Shown here one piece after another: positions 16,334-26,848 of a stretch of 64,000 nucleotides of DNA. The notes beneath the pieces are model-generated. The model made no database searches. It saw nothing but the letters and a program-made list of their open reading frames with translations, and was not told the DNA's origin. The stretch lies in IMG/VR virus record IMGVR_UViG_3300047546_003009. One strand, 5' to 3'. This DNA comes from a virus (Duplodnaviria > Heunggongvirae > Uroviricota > Caudoviricetes). The stretch's first letter is position 1; every line of letters starts with the position of its first letter. Made by a program: the position numbers and the translations under genes.

Positions 16334-16990
16334 TTACTTTTTAGAGAGGGAGTTAACGAAGGATTCGAAAATCTTTAATTGATCTTTTTCAAGAGTCTTT
16401 CTTCTTGCTGACTCGTTGATTTGTTTTTTGTATTGTTCAAGCTCGTTGGCTTTGAGAACCCCATTATCCCAAATCCACTCAACACCTTCCATGATTCCTT
16501 GAACAAATGCGTTTGGAGCCGATGGGTCTGCAACAATGTCGCCAGCTGTTGCGAGGTGGAAATCGCTTTGCACTTCCATCACACCGTTTCTTTCTACGAG
16601 AGAACCCATACCTCTTGATGAAACACCAAGCGAAGCACCTTCTGCAATTAGATTTTTAACAATGTTACCCATTGGCGTTTCCATGATCTTTGCGCGACCA
16701 ATAACCTGTTTACCTTCAATCTGAAGGCTTTTGATCATATGAGAAACACGATCAAGGTTAATTGATGGGCCTTGTGGATGGCCTAATTCGCCGTACGCGC
16801 GGTTAGTTTTTACGCTTTCTTCAATGTAGCGTTCAATAACTGGCTTGGTCCAGTCAGATTTGTACACTCTATTGTTACGGTTCTTCGTGTCCATTTCCAT
16901 GAACACCCCCTCAATATAAAAGTCTTTTTTACCTTCTTTTTCTTCTACAAGGTATTTGACTTCTTCTGAAAGATCGCAGAATAGTTTCAT
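16334..16990 (-). CDS. gp21: Prohead core protease
   Basis: NRNNRVY, GELGHP, LGVSSRGMGSL, DIVADPSAPNAFV. Confidence 0.97.
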   Translation of the reverse strand: MKLFCDLSEEVKYLVEEKEGKKDFYIEGVFMEMDTKNRNNRVYKSDWTKPVIERYIEESVKTNRAYGELGHPQGPSINLDRVSHMIKSLQIEGKQVIGRAKIMETPMGNIVKNLIAEGASLGVSSRGMGSLVERNGVMEVQSDFHLATAGDIVADPSAPNAFVQGIMEGVEWIWDNGVLKANELEQYKKQINESARRKTLEKDQLKIFESFVNSLSKK

Positions 16991-16991
16991 G

Positions 16992-17267
16992 TTAATAGTA
17001 TCCTATTGCAGTTGCTTTGACAGTTGTACCTGTAGTATTGGATTCAATTGTATCGCTGGGTGACTTAATAACATATTCAACACCATAAGCTGAACCCGAT
17101 GGACCAAGTGTAAACGAACCAAGTGTAGCTGTTGTTGAATCTTTTACGGTAATCAGCACAAAATTAGAAGCTTCAGTGCTAATCACTCTAACGTACGTAG
17201 CGCTACTAATCGTATTTGGGGTAGAGTTAACTACCTGCTCCGCTGCTTGTACTTTTAGATCTGGCAT
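16992..17267 (-). CDS. Small beta-rich virion-associated hypothetical protein
   Basis: Tightly coupled ORF in the head operon. Confidence 0.55.
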   Translation of the reverse strand: MPDLKVQAAEQVVNSTPNTISSATYVRVISTEASNFVLITVKDSTTATLGSFTLGPSGSAYGVEYVIKSPSDTIESNTTGTTVKATAIGYY

Positions 17268-17269
17268 AG

Positions 17270-18511
17270 TTATTCCTTCACGTGCTTAACTTTAAGATAT
17301 CCATCATCCTGACCTTGTTCAAGCTCATCACTTGACACAGTTTCACCTTTTTTAAAGCGACTCGTATCAGAGCTTTTTACAACAACATGATGGCCTTTTT
17401 GATCTGGGTGTGGCTTAACATGAAGTGTAACCATTGCACCTTCCAAAAGCTGCTTGAGGGTCTTTGGAGAAGCCTCTTCAGCAACTTTCTTAGCCGTTGC
17501 TGTTGCAATTGCCATTTTCTTTCCCATAGGCATCTTTGGATTTTCACGTTCAATCGCACGTGCAACCTCTTCACGCTTTTTCATTTCAGCAGGAGTTAGC
17601 TTCTTTTCATCAAGAGCTTCCTCAGCCATGTATGGTTTTTCACCAGCTGCTTTAATCTTTGCACCAGCTCTCATGTAACCAGTTTTGCGCTTGGCCATAA
17701 CCTGCTTTTGCTTCTGTACTTCTTTAGCAGCTTGTTTTTGTTCTTCTGGAGAATCTGGATCTGCAATAAGAGGAGCATTTCTTGCACGAACTGCTGCTTT
17801 TTTATACGCATCAGAAGACTTAACTTGGTATGATTGTAGAGTTGATGTTTTCAGTTCATTAACCAGCTCTATCTCTTCCTTTGCAAGTTGTACTGGCTTG
17901 GAGTAATGAGCTTCAGCATGAATACCATCGTGAATATCTTGCAGTTGATTTGCAAACATATTCAGTTGTCTAACGTGGCCAAAATGTGGATTGTATCCAG
18001 CATTTTTCTTCATCTCATCAACACCTGCACCAATACCTTTGAGCAGATCTTTGATTCTTCCGTAGTGTTGTTTAAGAATTTTTGAAGCAGCGGAAGTAAC
18101 AACAGCTTCATCAAGAATTTCAACCTCTTCCTTCATATCTTCTTGATCTTCTTTTTGCTTTGAACCACCATAGGCCTTACCAGCAACAAAACGCTTAAGA
18201 GTTTTCTTTTGCTGAGGTTGTTTGATTGTTTTACCAGCAGCTGCGGCTTTTTCACGAGCTGCTTCCAGACGGTCCTCGATACCCTCTTCGATGGAAGTTT
18301 CTTCATACACCTTCTCATCGTTACCTGGATTATAACCGTGGGTTGGTTCGCGGTTTACAGTTTTAACATTCGTAGCCTGAAACAGCTGATCGTCTTCTGT
18401 TGACTTGCCAGCAAGATTCTTATGTTTTACAGCTACGTGTTTTTCTTTAAACTTTTTCTCATCACCAGGTTTTGGGTCATAAACCTCAAGCATCTGCTTC
18501 AGTGTTTTCAT
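17270..18511 (-). CDS. Prohead core / internal head (poly)protein in the gp68 position
   Basis: Lys/Glu-rich; N-terminal MKTLKQMLE resembles T4 capsid-targeting sequences; repeated (I/L/V)xE motifs. Confidence 0.55.
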   Translation of the reverse strand: MKTLKQMLEVYDPKPGDEKKFKEKHVAVKHKNLAGKSTEDDQLFQATNVKTVNREPTHGYNPGNDEKVYEETSIEEGIEDRLEAAREKAAAAGKTIKQPQQKKTLKRFVAGKAYGGSKQKEDQEDMKEEVEILDEAVVTSAASKILKQHYGRIKDLLKGIGAGVDEMKKNAGYNPHFGHVRQLNMFANQLQDIHDGIHAEAHYSKPVQLAKEEIELVNELKTSTLQSYQVKSSDAYKKAAVRARNAPLIADPDSPEEQKQAAKEVQKQKQVMAKRKTGYMRAGAKIKAAGEKPYMAEEALDEKKLTPAEMKKREEVARAIERENPKMPMGKKMAIATATAKKVAEEASPKTLKQLLEGAMVTLHVKPHPDQKGHHVVVKSSDTSRFKKGETVSSDELEQGQDDGYLKVKHVKE

Positions 18512-18767
18512 CTTCCGTGGCCTCGTCTTCGGTTTGTTCTAAATCTTCCTCAGCTTCGTTTGAAGTATCTTCAGATCCCTCATCGGAACCCTCATCTTCA
18601 TCAGCCAAGTCGTCAAACATTACTTGGGAAATTTCTTGTTTCTTTGCAGCAACTGCATCAACAATTTTAGGCATAATCAAGTTGTTGAACGTGTCACCAA
18701 CTTTTGTTGGATTGCCCTCAAGTGCATGGTTGATTAAATCTACTGCTGTTAGTGGTGTATCTGACAT
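18486..18767 (-). CDS. Acidic prohead core protein (gp67-like)
   Basis: Very acidic C-terminus; directly downstream of the portal gene. Confidence 0.65.
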   Translation of the reverse strand: MSDTPLTAVDLINHALEGNPTKVGDTFNNLIMPKIVDAVAAKKQEISQVMFDDLADEDEGSDEGSEDTSNEAEEDLEQTEDEATEDENTEADA

Positions 18768-18799
18768 AATTCCTCCATAGTTTTATTTATCAATCACCG

Positions 18800-20323
18800 T
18801 TATTGGCCCTGAGGACCTTGCTGCATTAAATTCTGCTGATATTGAAGCTGGGAACCGTCTTCCTGCATCTCTTGATCAATCTCTTCAATCTCTTCTTCGT
18901 TTTGGTGTAGAATATTTTTCTTTACATAGTTTATTGAAAAATACTTACCAACAAATGGATCAATTAGTTGTAACGCTCCCAATCTTTCTTTTTCAATCTC
19001 GAGGTCTTTTAACTCAGAGAAAAAGTTGTCTCGAGCATAGTTGTATTTGATACGATTTTCAATTGTCTTCCAATCATCGGATGTTATAATCCCCTTGAGA
19101 AGAAGCTGTTTCTCCAAAGCTTTTGTAAATACTTGGCTGAATCTGACTCTGAGGCGATCAATAAACTTAGCAAACTTAACTTCATCACGAGATATTTCTG
19201 ATGCACGACCGAGATTAAACGAGTTATCTGGTTGCATTCTTGAAACAGGAACATTCAGTGATCTAAACAGTTTGTCCTGGAAATATTTGATGTCTTCAAT
19301 CTCACCAAGATTCTGACCACCAGGAAGTGTTGTGATCTCTGTTCCTCTTCCACCCTCGCGGCGAGGAAGCCAGAAGTCTTCAAGCATCGTCATGAATTTA
19401 CGATCATCACGAACTTCACCAGTACCGATATCGTATACAAGCTTGTTCTTATGACGTGTCATCATGTCGCGGAGATACTGTTCAGCTTTCATTTTTGGTA
19501 GATTACCAACGTCAATGTAGAATATGCGGCGCTCTGGAGCACGTGAAATTCTATAGATCACAGACGCATCTTCGATAGTCTTAAGCTGGTTTAGAGGTTT
19601 GATTGCTTTGTGTAGATAAGAAAGAACCATTGTAGACTTAGCATCTACAAGACCGCTAGTCACGTGAATGATTGAATCTTTTGCTATTCTCAGACCACTT
19701 GTTTGTGTTGATGTTGTTGATGGTCCGTAAAAACCCTTTTCACTGTAGATGTAATACTCTCTTGATACATCTTTAGTATTGGCCATCGTGTTGTCTTGGG
19801 TTTTGAGTTTTTTGGTTTTGACTTCTTTGACCTTACGAATCTTGCGTGGGTCAATGTATCTCAACTCTTGAATTCCCAGACGTGGATTTGTTTTATCAAT
19901 AACGGCTTGGTAATACATTCTACCGTCAATATACCAGCGTCTAAAAATATCGTAACCTTGTTGATTGAAGTTTAATAGATCAGTAATGTAATCAAATTCT
20001 TCTTCAATCATTTTTTTGATGTTTGGCGAAACCGGAACACCGTCAAGAACAATCTCAATAATTTTATCAATCTCTGAATTGATAGCTTCATTAATAATAT
20101 CATCAACTGCAGCTTCACATTCGGGGTGAAGTGCCATTTCTCTGTATCTCGTAACAAGTTCTGCTTCTGTTTTTGCACTGCCTTCAATGTCGACATACAT
20201 GCCATAAGAACCACCAGCCGCAACAACTAGCGCACCATCATCTTGCAGATCTGGTGCAATTGCGTCTAGATTCTCTTTTGTCTCATCAGACTTGCGACGG
20301 ATTTCAAACCCGAAAAATTCCAT
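18800..20323 (-). CDS. gp20: Portal vertex protein
   Basis: YREMALHPE, RRWYIDGR, YRISRAPERRIFYIDVGNLPK.KAEQY, LPRREGGRGTEITTLPGG. Confidence 0.99.
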   Translation of the reverse strand: MEFFGFEIRRKSDETKENLDAIAPDLQDDGALVVAAGGSYGMYVDIEGSAKTEAELVTRYREMALHPECEAAVDDIINEAINSEIDKIIEIVLDGVPVSPNIKKMIEEEFDYITDLLNFNQQGYDIFRRWYIDGRMYYQAVIDKTNPRLGIQELRYIDPRKIRKVKEVKTKKLKTQDNTMANTKDVSREYYIYSEKGFYGPSTTSTQTSGLRIAKDSIIHVTSGLVDAKSTMVLSYLHKAIKPLNQLKTIEDASVIYRISRAPERRIFYIDVGNLPKMKAEQYLRDMMTRHKNKLVYDIGTGEVRDDRKFMTMLEDFWLPRREGGRGTEITTLPGGQNLGEIEDIKYFQDKLFRSLNVPVSRMQPDNSFNLGRASEISRDEVKFAKFIDRLRVRFSQVFTKALEKQLLLKGIITSDDWKTIENRIKYNYARDNFFSELKDLEIEKERLGALQLIDPFVGKYFSINYVKKNILHQNEEEIEEIDQEMQEDGSQLQYQQNLMQQGPQGQ

Positions 20324-20340
20324 AATATCTCCTAAAAGGT

Positions 20341-20360
20341 GGAGGGGGAAATCCCCCTCC
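20341..20360 (-). terminator. GC-rich hairpin after gp19 (terminator or processing site)
   Basis: GGAGGGGG-4 nt-CCCCCTCC stem; only a weak T-tract (ACCTTTT) follows. Confidence 0.55.
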
Positions 20361-20366
20361 TACTTA

Positions 20367-20918
20367 TTAGCTTCCGCCAGCGTTGCCAGTAATACCGCCA
20401 GAAACTTCCCACCAGTCGTACTGGAATGTAACAGCAAATTCTTCGATTTGATCTGTTGCGTTCCAATCCAAATCAATTGGAGAGACTGACGATGGGAAAA
20501 TACCATTGAACTGGTATGTTCTAATTGGTACGCCTGTTTTTGAATATTGAATAACTTGTGCGTTAGCTTTGTACAGAAGAGGTGATGCTGCACTAAACTG
20601 ACGCAGGTTACCCTGTAAAGAGTTAATCTTGTTAGACCACTCTTCCATTGCGTTTCTAATTAGAAAGTCCTCATCATTAATCACAGTAACGGTCCAGTCA
20701 CCAAAAACACGGTCACCGGCCATTTTTATTCTGCGGCCAAAGTAAGGAACTTCAATGATGCCCAGGTCAGATGAAGGAATCTGAGCTGCTCTCACCAAGA
20801 ATGGAACCTTAATATCAGCAACAGAGTTAGCTGGATTTTGAATCGTCACTTGGAAAAGCGACTGACGTGCTCCTCCAAGTGTTAGCTGACTTCTAATCTC
20901 GTTTACATTAAATGCCAT
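20367..20918 (-). CDS. gp19: Tail tube protein
   Basis: GGAR.SLFQV, VPYFGRRIKMAGDR.F..WTVTVINDEDF, IEEFAVTFQYDWW. Confidence 0.97.
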   Translation of the reverse strand: MAFNVNEIRSQLTLGGARQSLFQVTIQNPANSVADIKVPFLVRAAQIPSSDLGIIEVPYFGRRIKMAGDRVFGDWTVTVINDEDFLIRNAMEEWSNKINSLQGNLRQFSAASPLLYKANAQVIQYSKTGVPIRTYQFNGIFPSSVSPIDLDWNATDQIEEFAVTFQYDWWEVSGGITGNAGGS

Positions 20919-20948
20919 GTTTATTATCTCCTTTGTCGTTGATATTTA

Positions 20949-23225
20949 TTAGAACTGTCCAACCACTTCGGAGAATTCAACACCCGTTCTCACAGCAACA
21001 AAGTTCAGCTGAATGAAGTTGATTGAGCGAGCTGGTTTGATGTAGATATCACCAACAAACTCGTTACGATCAATTACTTCACCAGTGTTGTTTGTTTCGT
21101 CACACACAACCTTGAAGTCGTAAATACCGCGACGACCTTGCACATCACGCAGGAATGGCTCAACAAGGTTCTTGAACTGTGCGCGAGTAAACTCGTCGTT
21201 GAATTCAAACAGTGTGAATTTAGCAGCAGTTGCAATTGCTTTTTCAAGCACAATGAACAGACGACGAACATTGATACGATCAAAAGCCGATGGTTTTGAC
21301 AACATGGTCTTGTCACCAAACAGAACAGTGCCTTGACCTGGGAATGTTACAACAGGATTAACACCATTCTTGTACAAAATGTCGCGAGCTGCTTTGTTTG
21401 GATTAAATGCAAGCTTAATGATATTCTTTACCTGACCTCTATTGAAGCCAGCTGGTGAGAACCAAGGATCACGTGTCTCATCAGTACGTACTGCAAGACC
21501 AGCCATGTCACCATTCAATGGAACGTAACGGTAAACATCGTTGTATTTGTCGTACTGATACTTGTAACCTGAGTCGATAACAGCATAAGATGTTGAGTGG
21601 CATGAATTTCTAAATGTCACAACATCGTTTGCTTCACTACCAAGGTTTGAAACAACGTCGGCACGGTCAGGTGAAATAAATGCTACGCAGTCTTTTCTTG
21701 ACTCGCAAACATTATCGATAATATAGTTAGCAAGCTGTTCACCGTTTGTACCACCACGTGCTTTACCTTGAAGGATCAATGAAACATCAACCTCTTCAGC
21801 AGACGCAAACATGTCGTAAGCAGCTGTAAGAATGTTGATTGGGCAGTTTGTTTCGCCGTAACCATCTGTTCCACCAACAAACGAAACTGAAAGTGGTTTG
21901 GTGTTGGTTGACGAAGCAACTAACAGAGCAGTAGCTGATGCTGCGTTACCACGGTCGTTAGTAAACCAAATGTATTGTGAGTTTTGGTTGATAACGTCTT
22001 TGTAGTAAATCGTTGCACCGTCAGCTGATTTTGCATCTGTTGCACGAGAAAGACCTTCAAACACCTCAAGAATAGTACCTGGAACACCAGTAATCAGACC
22101 ATCTTCATCAGCAACAACAACATGAATCTCGTCGCTGGCAGCCGTGTTACCTTGTGAGGTTACAAATTCAGACGTGCCAATTGTTTTATCAACACTGTTA
22201 TAATATTCCCAGTTTCTTGTTACAGAGGTTGCTGAGAAGTTTGTTGACAGAGCGTACAGATCTTCAAGACCTAACTGAACATAAGAAACAGTTGCGTTTG
22301 TTGTTAGGGATCCAATTGATGTGATGTTCACGGTCTGCTTGCCAATTGAAGTGTTACCAAGGGTAACTACATCACCAACAGTCAAGCTGTTAATGATTGC
22401 TGTCACAGCAGCGTTAGAGGCTGCATTTGCACCAGTAACTGCAATCGTTAGTGTGTTAGAACCAACGCTAACTGAAATACCAGCATTTGCTGTAATGGTA
22501 GATTCAAAAGCTGATGAAGAATCACAAACAGATACCTTCAGCGAATTACCAATCAAACCAGGATACTTAGCAGCATACAATGTATCAGAATCAGCTGTTG
22601 AAAAATCACCAGCTGCATCTTTAGCATTGTAGCTATCTTCATTCTTGATAATGAATGAGTTGATGTGTGATGGCAGACCTGAAGAAGCAACAGCGTTTCT
22701 AGAAACGGTTGGATCTTCTGTGACAGCAGAAATAGTTGCTGTGTTTGAACCATCAGTCAGCATCAGACTTGTATTTGAACCAGTATAGGTTGTGAAGAAG
22801 CCTTGCATCGTGCTAACATTAACTGAAAGGGTTGTTGAGTTGGCAAGTACTACTGTGCCAATAGCAATGTTTGCACCACTTGCATCGCGCTGATAAACAG
22901 TGCTATTATTTGCAAATGTTGTTCCAGCTGCTGTAACTGTCAGGATTGTATTCTCATTACTTGTAGTGTTTGCTGCACGTGAAACATACAGTTTGTTGCC
23001 GTATGCTAGAAAATTTGCTGCGGTAAAGAATGTTTCGGCGTTAAATGTGGTTGGCTTACCAAAGCGTGCTGCTAATTCTTGTTCAGATGAAACCAGAACA
23101 CGCTCGCCAACAGGTCCCCATCTAAAAACGCCGCCAATCGCACCCTCGGTTGTCGATACTGCTGGAACAACCGTAGTTAGGTCGATTTCTGTTACGTTTA
23201 CACCAGGACTAACTTGAAATGGCAT
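20949..23225 (-). CDS. gp18: Tail sheath protein
   Basis: FQVSPGVNVTEID, PWFSPAG.NRG, FDRINVRRLF, IKPARSINFIQLNFVAVRTG; start MPFQV at 23225. Confidence 0.98.
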   Translation of the reverse strand: MPFQVSPGVNVTEIDLTTVVPAVSTTEGAIGGVFRWGPVGERVLVSSEQELAARFGKPTTFNAETFFTAANFLAYGNKLYVSRAANTTSNENTILTVTAAGTTFANNSTVYQRDASGANIAIGTVVLANSTTLSVNVSTMQGFFTTYTGSNTSLMLTDGSNTATISAVTEDPTVSRNAVASSGLPSHINSFIIKNEDSYNAKDAAGDFSTADSDTLYAAKYPGLIGNSLKVSVCDSSSAFESTITANAGISVSVGSNTLTIAVTGANAASNAAVTAIINSLTVGDVVTLGNTSIGKQTVNITSIGSLTTNATVSYVQLGLEDLYALSTNFSATSVTRNWEYYNSVDKTIGTSEFVTSQGNTAASDEIHVVVADEDGLITGVPGTILEVFEGLSRATDAKSADGATIYYKDVINQNSQYIWFTNDRGNAASATALLVASSTNTKPLSVSFVGGTDGYGETNCPINILTAAYDMFASAEEVDVSLILQGKARGGTNGEQLANYIIDNVCESRKDCVAFISPDRADVVSNLGSEANDVVTFRNSCHSTSYAVIDSGYKYQYDKYNDVYRYVPLNGDMAGLAVRTDETRDPWFSPAGFNRGQVKNIIKLAFNPNKAARDILYKNGVNPVVTFPGQGTVLFGDKTMLSKPSAFDRINVRRLFIVLEKAIATAAKFTLFEFNDEFTRAQFKNLVEPFLRDVQGRRGIYDFKVVCDETNNTGEVIDRNEFVGDIYIKPARSINFIQLNFVAVRTGVEFSEVVGQF

Positions 23226-23278
23226 GTCATTTCTCCTCAAAAAAGCGTTGTATTACTAGATTTTACTCAAGTTATACT

Positions 23279-23286
23279 TATTTATA
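23279..23286 (-). promoter_or_regulatory. Late promoter TATAAATA (gp18)
   Basis: Exact consensus in the gp17-gp18 gap. Confidence 0.85.
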
Positions 23287-23297
23287 AATTCACTATT

Positions 23298-24914
23298 TTA
23301 TGAAAACATCAGCCATTTGTCGTTGTTTACTGCGATAACTGTATCAGGTTCTTCAACAAAATCATTAGAAGAAAGGAAGAATGGAATTGTATCTTCTTCA
23401 ATTTGTTGCTGTTTTTCTTGCTGTAGGATCTTTCTGATATCTACACTTGTAATATCTTTAAAGTATTGTTGTTGAGTGATCCACGAGAAAATCACACAAC
23501 ACATCACTGTATCATCGTTTCCATCTTCTGCCTGATAAGAGTTCTTGACTGCTACAAATCTCATCAGCTCGTAAATGATTGTATCATCGTTTAGTATAAT
23601 CTTTTGGTTTTCTACTAATGATTTAAATATCGAACATCCAAACTTCTTTGTTTGTTTAGTGGTTCTCACACCAAGCTTTGTAGTACCACCAAATCCCGCT
23701 GAAATCATCTGCACACCAGAACGATCGTCTGTAGAAGTAGTTAACACATTTTCGTATTCAAGATCGTAGTGTAGAATGTCTGCAACCTGCTGACCGTTAT
23801 CGTTCGTCTCGACGGCAACATAACAGCTGTTGTATTTTAATGCGGCTGTCTGTATAATTGCTGGTAACAGCAGAGGAGATATATCATTGGATCTATAGAT
23901 AGCAGCTACCTTATAAGGCACTTCCGTGGCATCAAAGATCGTAAACACGGAGTAATCCTTACCAACACCCCTTGAAGGGTCAACCACCATGAAGTAGATA
24001 TGATCTTTTTGAGGTTCATGATATATCTTTATGTCACCGTGCATTTGCACAGGCGTTTCAGATATCAGCGTTCTCAAAATGTCTGGATGGATTAGTGTTG
24101 ATGATGAACCAACAAACTCTGTTTCAAACTCAACACGAAACTGTTCATAGCTCGTGTTTCTAATAGTTTCATCTTTCCACTTCTCATCCCGGCCTGGTGT
24201 GTCAGACCAATGAATTGATATTCTCTTATAATCGTTCCGACCAAGTTCAGACTCGCGCCACAGTTTGTAAAACAGGTTTAGACCGTTTGGCGTCGATGTG
24301 ATCAATACCTTGGTTGTTTGACCAGAAGAAATAACTGGATAAGTTGAACTAAAGAATTTCTCTTGGATATTGTTTGGGACGAATGCAAACTCGTCAAGAT
24401 AAACTAAGTTGAACGATCCACCACGAGCACCACTTGCTGTTGTTGATGAAGCAAGTATCTTAGAACCATTTTCCAACTCAACGTTACGCTTGTTCCACTC
24501 AACAATACCCTGTTGAAGCCATTTAGGTAAGCTTTCATACGCAAGTTGGATTCTTGACATAATTTCTTGAGCTTGACTCAACTTATGTGCAAGAATTGCA
24601 ATGGAATAATCTTCGTTGAATAAAGCATACCACAGCATCAAACCAACAATAGCAGTGGTTTTACCACACTGCCGAGGCATCTTACAGATAACAAAACGCT
24701 CAGCTACTGACGCTTCTATTATTCTTTTCTGGTATTCATACGGTTTGAAGTTGACAAGACCCTTATCTACGTTGACAATTTTAACGTAGTTTTCTATAAA
24801 GTAAATAGGATCTTTAGAACACTTGACAAATTCTTTGACTTCTTTTTGTGAAAACTGGATTGCTACATCGGTTTTCTTTAAGTGTCTATTACCGTGGTAA
24901 GCTTCACTACTCAT
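23298..24914 (-). CDS. gp17: Terminase large subunit
   Basis: PRQCGKTT, LDEFAF, TSTPNG, VDPSRG.GKDYS, DDTVM; no intein. Confidence 0.98.
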   Translation of the reverse strand: MSSEAYHGNRHLKKTDVAIQFSQKEVKEFVKCSKDPIYFIENYVKIVNVDKGLVNFKPYEYQKRIIEASVAERFVICKMPRQCGKTTAIVGLMLWYALFNEDYSIAILAHKLSQAQEIMSRIQLAYESLPKWLQQGIVEWNKRNVELENGSKILASSTTASGARGGSFNLVYLDEFAFVPNNIQEKFFSSTYPVISSGQTTKVLITSTPNGLNLFYKLWRESELGRNDYKRISIHWSDTPGRDEKWKDETIRNTSYEQFRVEFETEFVGSSSTLIHPDILRTLISETPVQMHGDIKIYHEPQKDHIYFMVVDPSRGVGKDYSVFTIFDATEVPYKVAAIYRSNDISPLLLPAIIQTAALKYNSCYVAVETNDNGQQVADILHYDLEYENVLTTSTDDRSGVQMISAGFGGTTKLGVRTTKQTKKFGCSIFKSLVENQKIILNDDTIIYELMRFVAVKNSYQAEDGNDDTVMCCVIFSWITQQQYFKDITSVDIRKILQQEKQQQIEEDTIPFFLSSNDFVEEPDTVIAVNNDKWLMFS

Positions 24915-25290
24915 TAGTTTGCTTTAGCATTTTTAATAATTCCGATGTACTACCAACAAAAAGATTATTGTTAACAGTTTTAGGTCCATCGGTTTTTTCA
25001 ATTTCTTTCTTTTGTTTTGAAAGCTCAAGGAGATCTTTATTTGTTTGTGCTATAGTTCTAATTAGATCAGAAACAACCTCAAAGCTTCTTGGTTGTTGTG
25101 ATTGCTGAGCGACACTCAATATATCGTTGAGTGCTTCTTGCCCCTTCTCGATAATATTTACCATGTTTGCCCGAGCAAAGTCAAAATCATCTTGAACGTT
25201 GCTAGATATAACTTCAGGAACAACCTCAACTGGCTGTTGTTCCATAGGCTCTAAATCAAGAGACTCCGCAATCTTATCATTATCCATCAT
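24907..25290 (-). CDS. gp16: Terminase small subunit
   Basis: DDFDFAR.N, PRSFEV, NNNLFVGSTSELLKML. Confidence 0.92.
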   Translation of the reverse strand: MMDNDKIAESLDLEPMEQQPVEVVPEVISSNVQDDFDFARANMVNIIEKGQEALNDILSVAQQSQQPRSFEVVSDLIRTIAQTNKDLLELSKQKKEIEKTDGPKTVNNNLFVGSTSELLKMLKQTNE

Positions 25291-26111
25291 GTTTTAGTAA
25301 CAATATATCCATAGTTATCATTAGCAGCAATCTCGTCTCTATCTATTGAGAGAGAACTATTTGATGTTGGCTGCCCGTTAGCAGTTAAACCAGGTGTAAT
25401 ATCAAAACCTTCTAAAAGCTCAGCATTACCGGGTGCAGTGTTAATATCATCATACAGCGTTGCATCATAGAAATTTGTATTTGCAAGAGTGATGATTCCA
25501 GTTTTTCTCACTGGACCAAAGATATAACCTTTGAGAAGAAAGTTCAATGTCCAGATTAAGCTTCTTCTATCCTCAAAATTGCCCTCATATGTATCCTGAG
25601 AAACAACATCCAAAAGAACAACTGGAATATCCATATGGAGGTTCATTTCAGGTATCAAGTTGATTGTTGGTGTCCACTCCGGAGTAAAGTATGGTAGGAT
25701 TTGTTCGAGAATTCTTGTTCCGTCCTCAGCATTCTTTACCATGATGCTAAGTGTAAACATAAAATCATAAGGAACTGGATTATATTGATACATTAAACTT
25801 TTAGACGTGTCAGGTGAAACATTCACATTTCTATTGATCGTCGGAAGCTTTCTTTCACTTGCGTAGTTTATGTTTGTTAGCTCAAAAGACATTCTTGGCA
25901 GTAAAACTGCGTACTTACGATTCAGATTTGGATCTTGATCTAGTCTAGCTAAAACTTTTTCTTTTGGTCCGTAAGAAATAGGAACCTTAATTGTTTGATA
26001 AACACTGTTGTTAGCTGCAACACGGTCAATTTCAATATCATTGAACAATGTACCAAACAGTGTAACATACTTACGAATAGATCCGTGATAAAACTTATTG
26101 CCAAACATCAA
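25287..26111 (-). CDS. gp15: Tail sheath stabiliser / tail terminator
   Basis: FGTLFN, IKVPISYGPKEK, LPRMSFE, EQILPYFTP. Confidence 0.95.
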   Translation of the reverse strand: MMFGNKFYHGSIRKYVTLFGTLFNDIEIDRVAANNSVYQTIKVPISYGPKEKVLARLDQDPNLNRKYAVLLPRMSFELTNINYASERKLPTINRNVNVSPDTSKSLMYQYNPVPYDFMFTLSIMVKNAEDGTRILEQILPYFTPEWTPTINLIPEMNLHMDIPVVLLDVVSQDTYEGNFEDRRSLIWTLNFLLKGYIFGPVRKTGIITLANTNFYDATLYDDINTAPGNAELLEGFDITPGLTANGQPTSNSSLSIDRDEIAANDNYGYIVTKT

Positions 26112-26848
26112 AATCTCCCAGCTTCACTAAACGGATTTGTTTCAGAAAAATCAAGGAAATTAGCAGCTTCATTTTGTATTGTTATGTTTTCAGCTGCAGG
26201 GTCAATATCCTCAATACTTGCCTCACCTTCTGTAACAAGAGTATCACCAGCTTCCGTTGTAATTGTGTTTTCGTATCTATCATCTGTAGCGAGAGGTTCG
26301 GATGCTGGTTTACCAAGGAAGTTGTTTTGATAGAGAGCGTCAATTTCTGAGTCACCGGTATCAAAAAACTCACCATTATACTCAAACAACTCACACTTAA
26401 GATCATACATCTGAAGTGCACCAAGCTGGTAGAATATTGATTCATGCTCTACAAATTTAATTTCAAATACTTTTTTATTTAATGGAAAATACACAAGATC
26501 GCCTTCGCGTGGACGATCTAGTGTCATTATACTCCCAACTTCATCACCAAATGTTCTTCTAGCTATTGTGAAGGTAATTTGGTCACGGATCTGCAGATTA
26601 AATTTGGATAAGAAATCCCCTTCACCTTGGAATCCTTCAACATTTTTGATATACATTTCTACTTCAATAGCGTTGATGTACTTTGAGGTCTGTTTATCCT
26701 CACCGTAAATTTTGTCCTTGTTTTGCACTATTCGTGGAATGTATTTTACATCATGTCCATAAATCTTAATGGACTCGATAACAAGGTTTTCAATCAGTAG
26801 TTGTTCCTGGCTTGATTGAAAGTTGTTGAAGTAGAAATTGGTAGCCAA
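26108..26848 (-). CDS. gp14: Neck protein (head closure), TTG start
   Basis: EQLLIENLVIESIKIYG, EMYIKNVEGF.G.GDFLSKF, PREGDL.YFPL, NPFSE. Confidence 0.95.
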   Translation of the reverse strand: MATNFYFNNFQSSQEQLLIENLVIESIKIYGHDVKYIPRIVQNKDKIYGEDKQTSKYINAIEVEMYIKNVEGFQGEGDFLSKFNLQIRDQITFTIARRTFGDEVGSIMTLDRPREGDLVYFPLNKKVFEIKFVEHESIFYQLGALQMYDLKCELFEYNGEFFDTGDSEIDALYQNNFLGKPASEPLATDDRYENTITTEAGDTLVTEGEASIEDIDPAAENITIQNEAANFLDFSETNPFSEAGRF

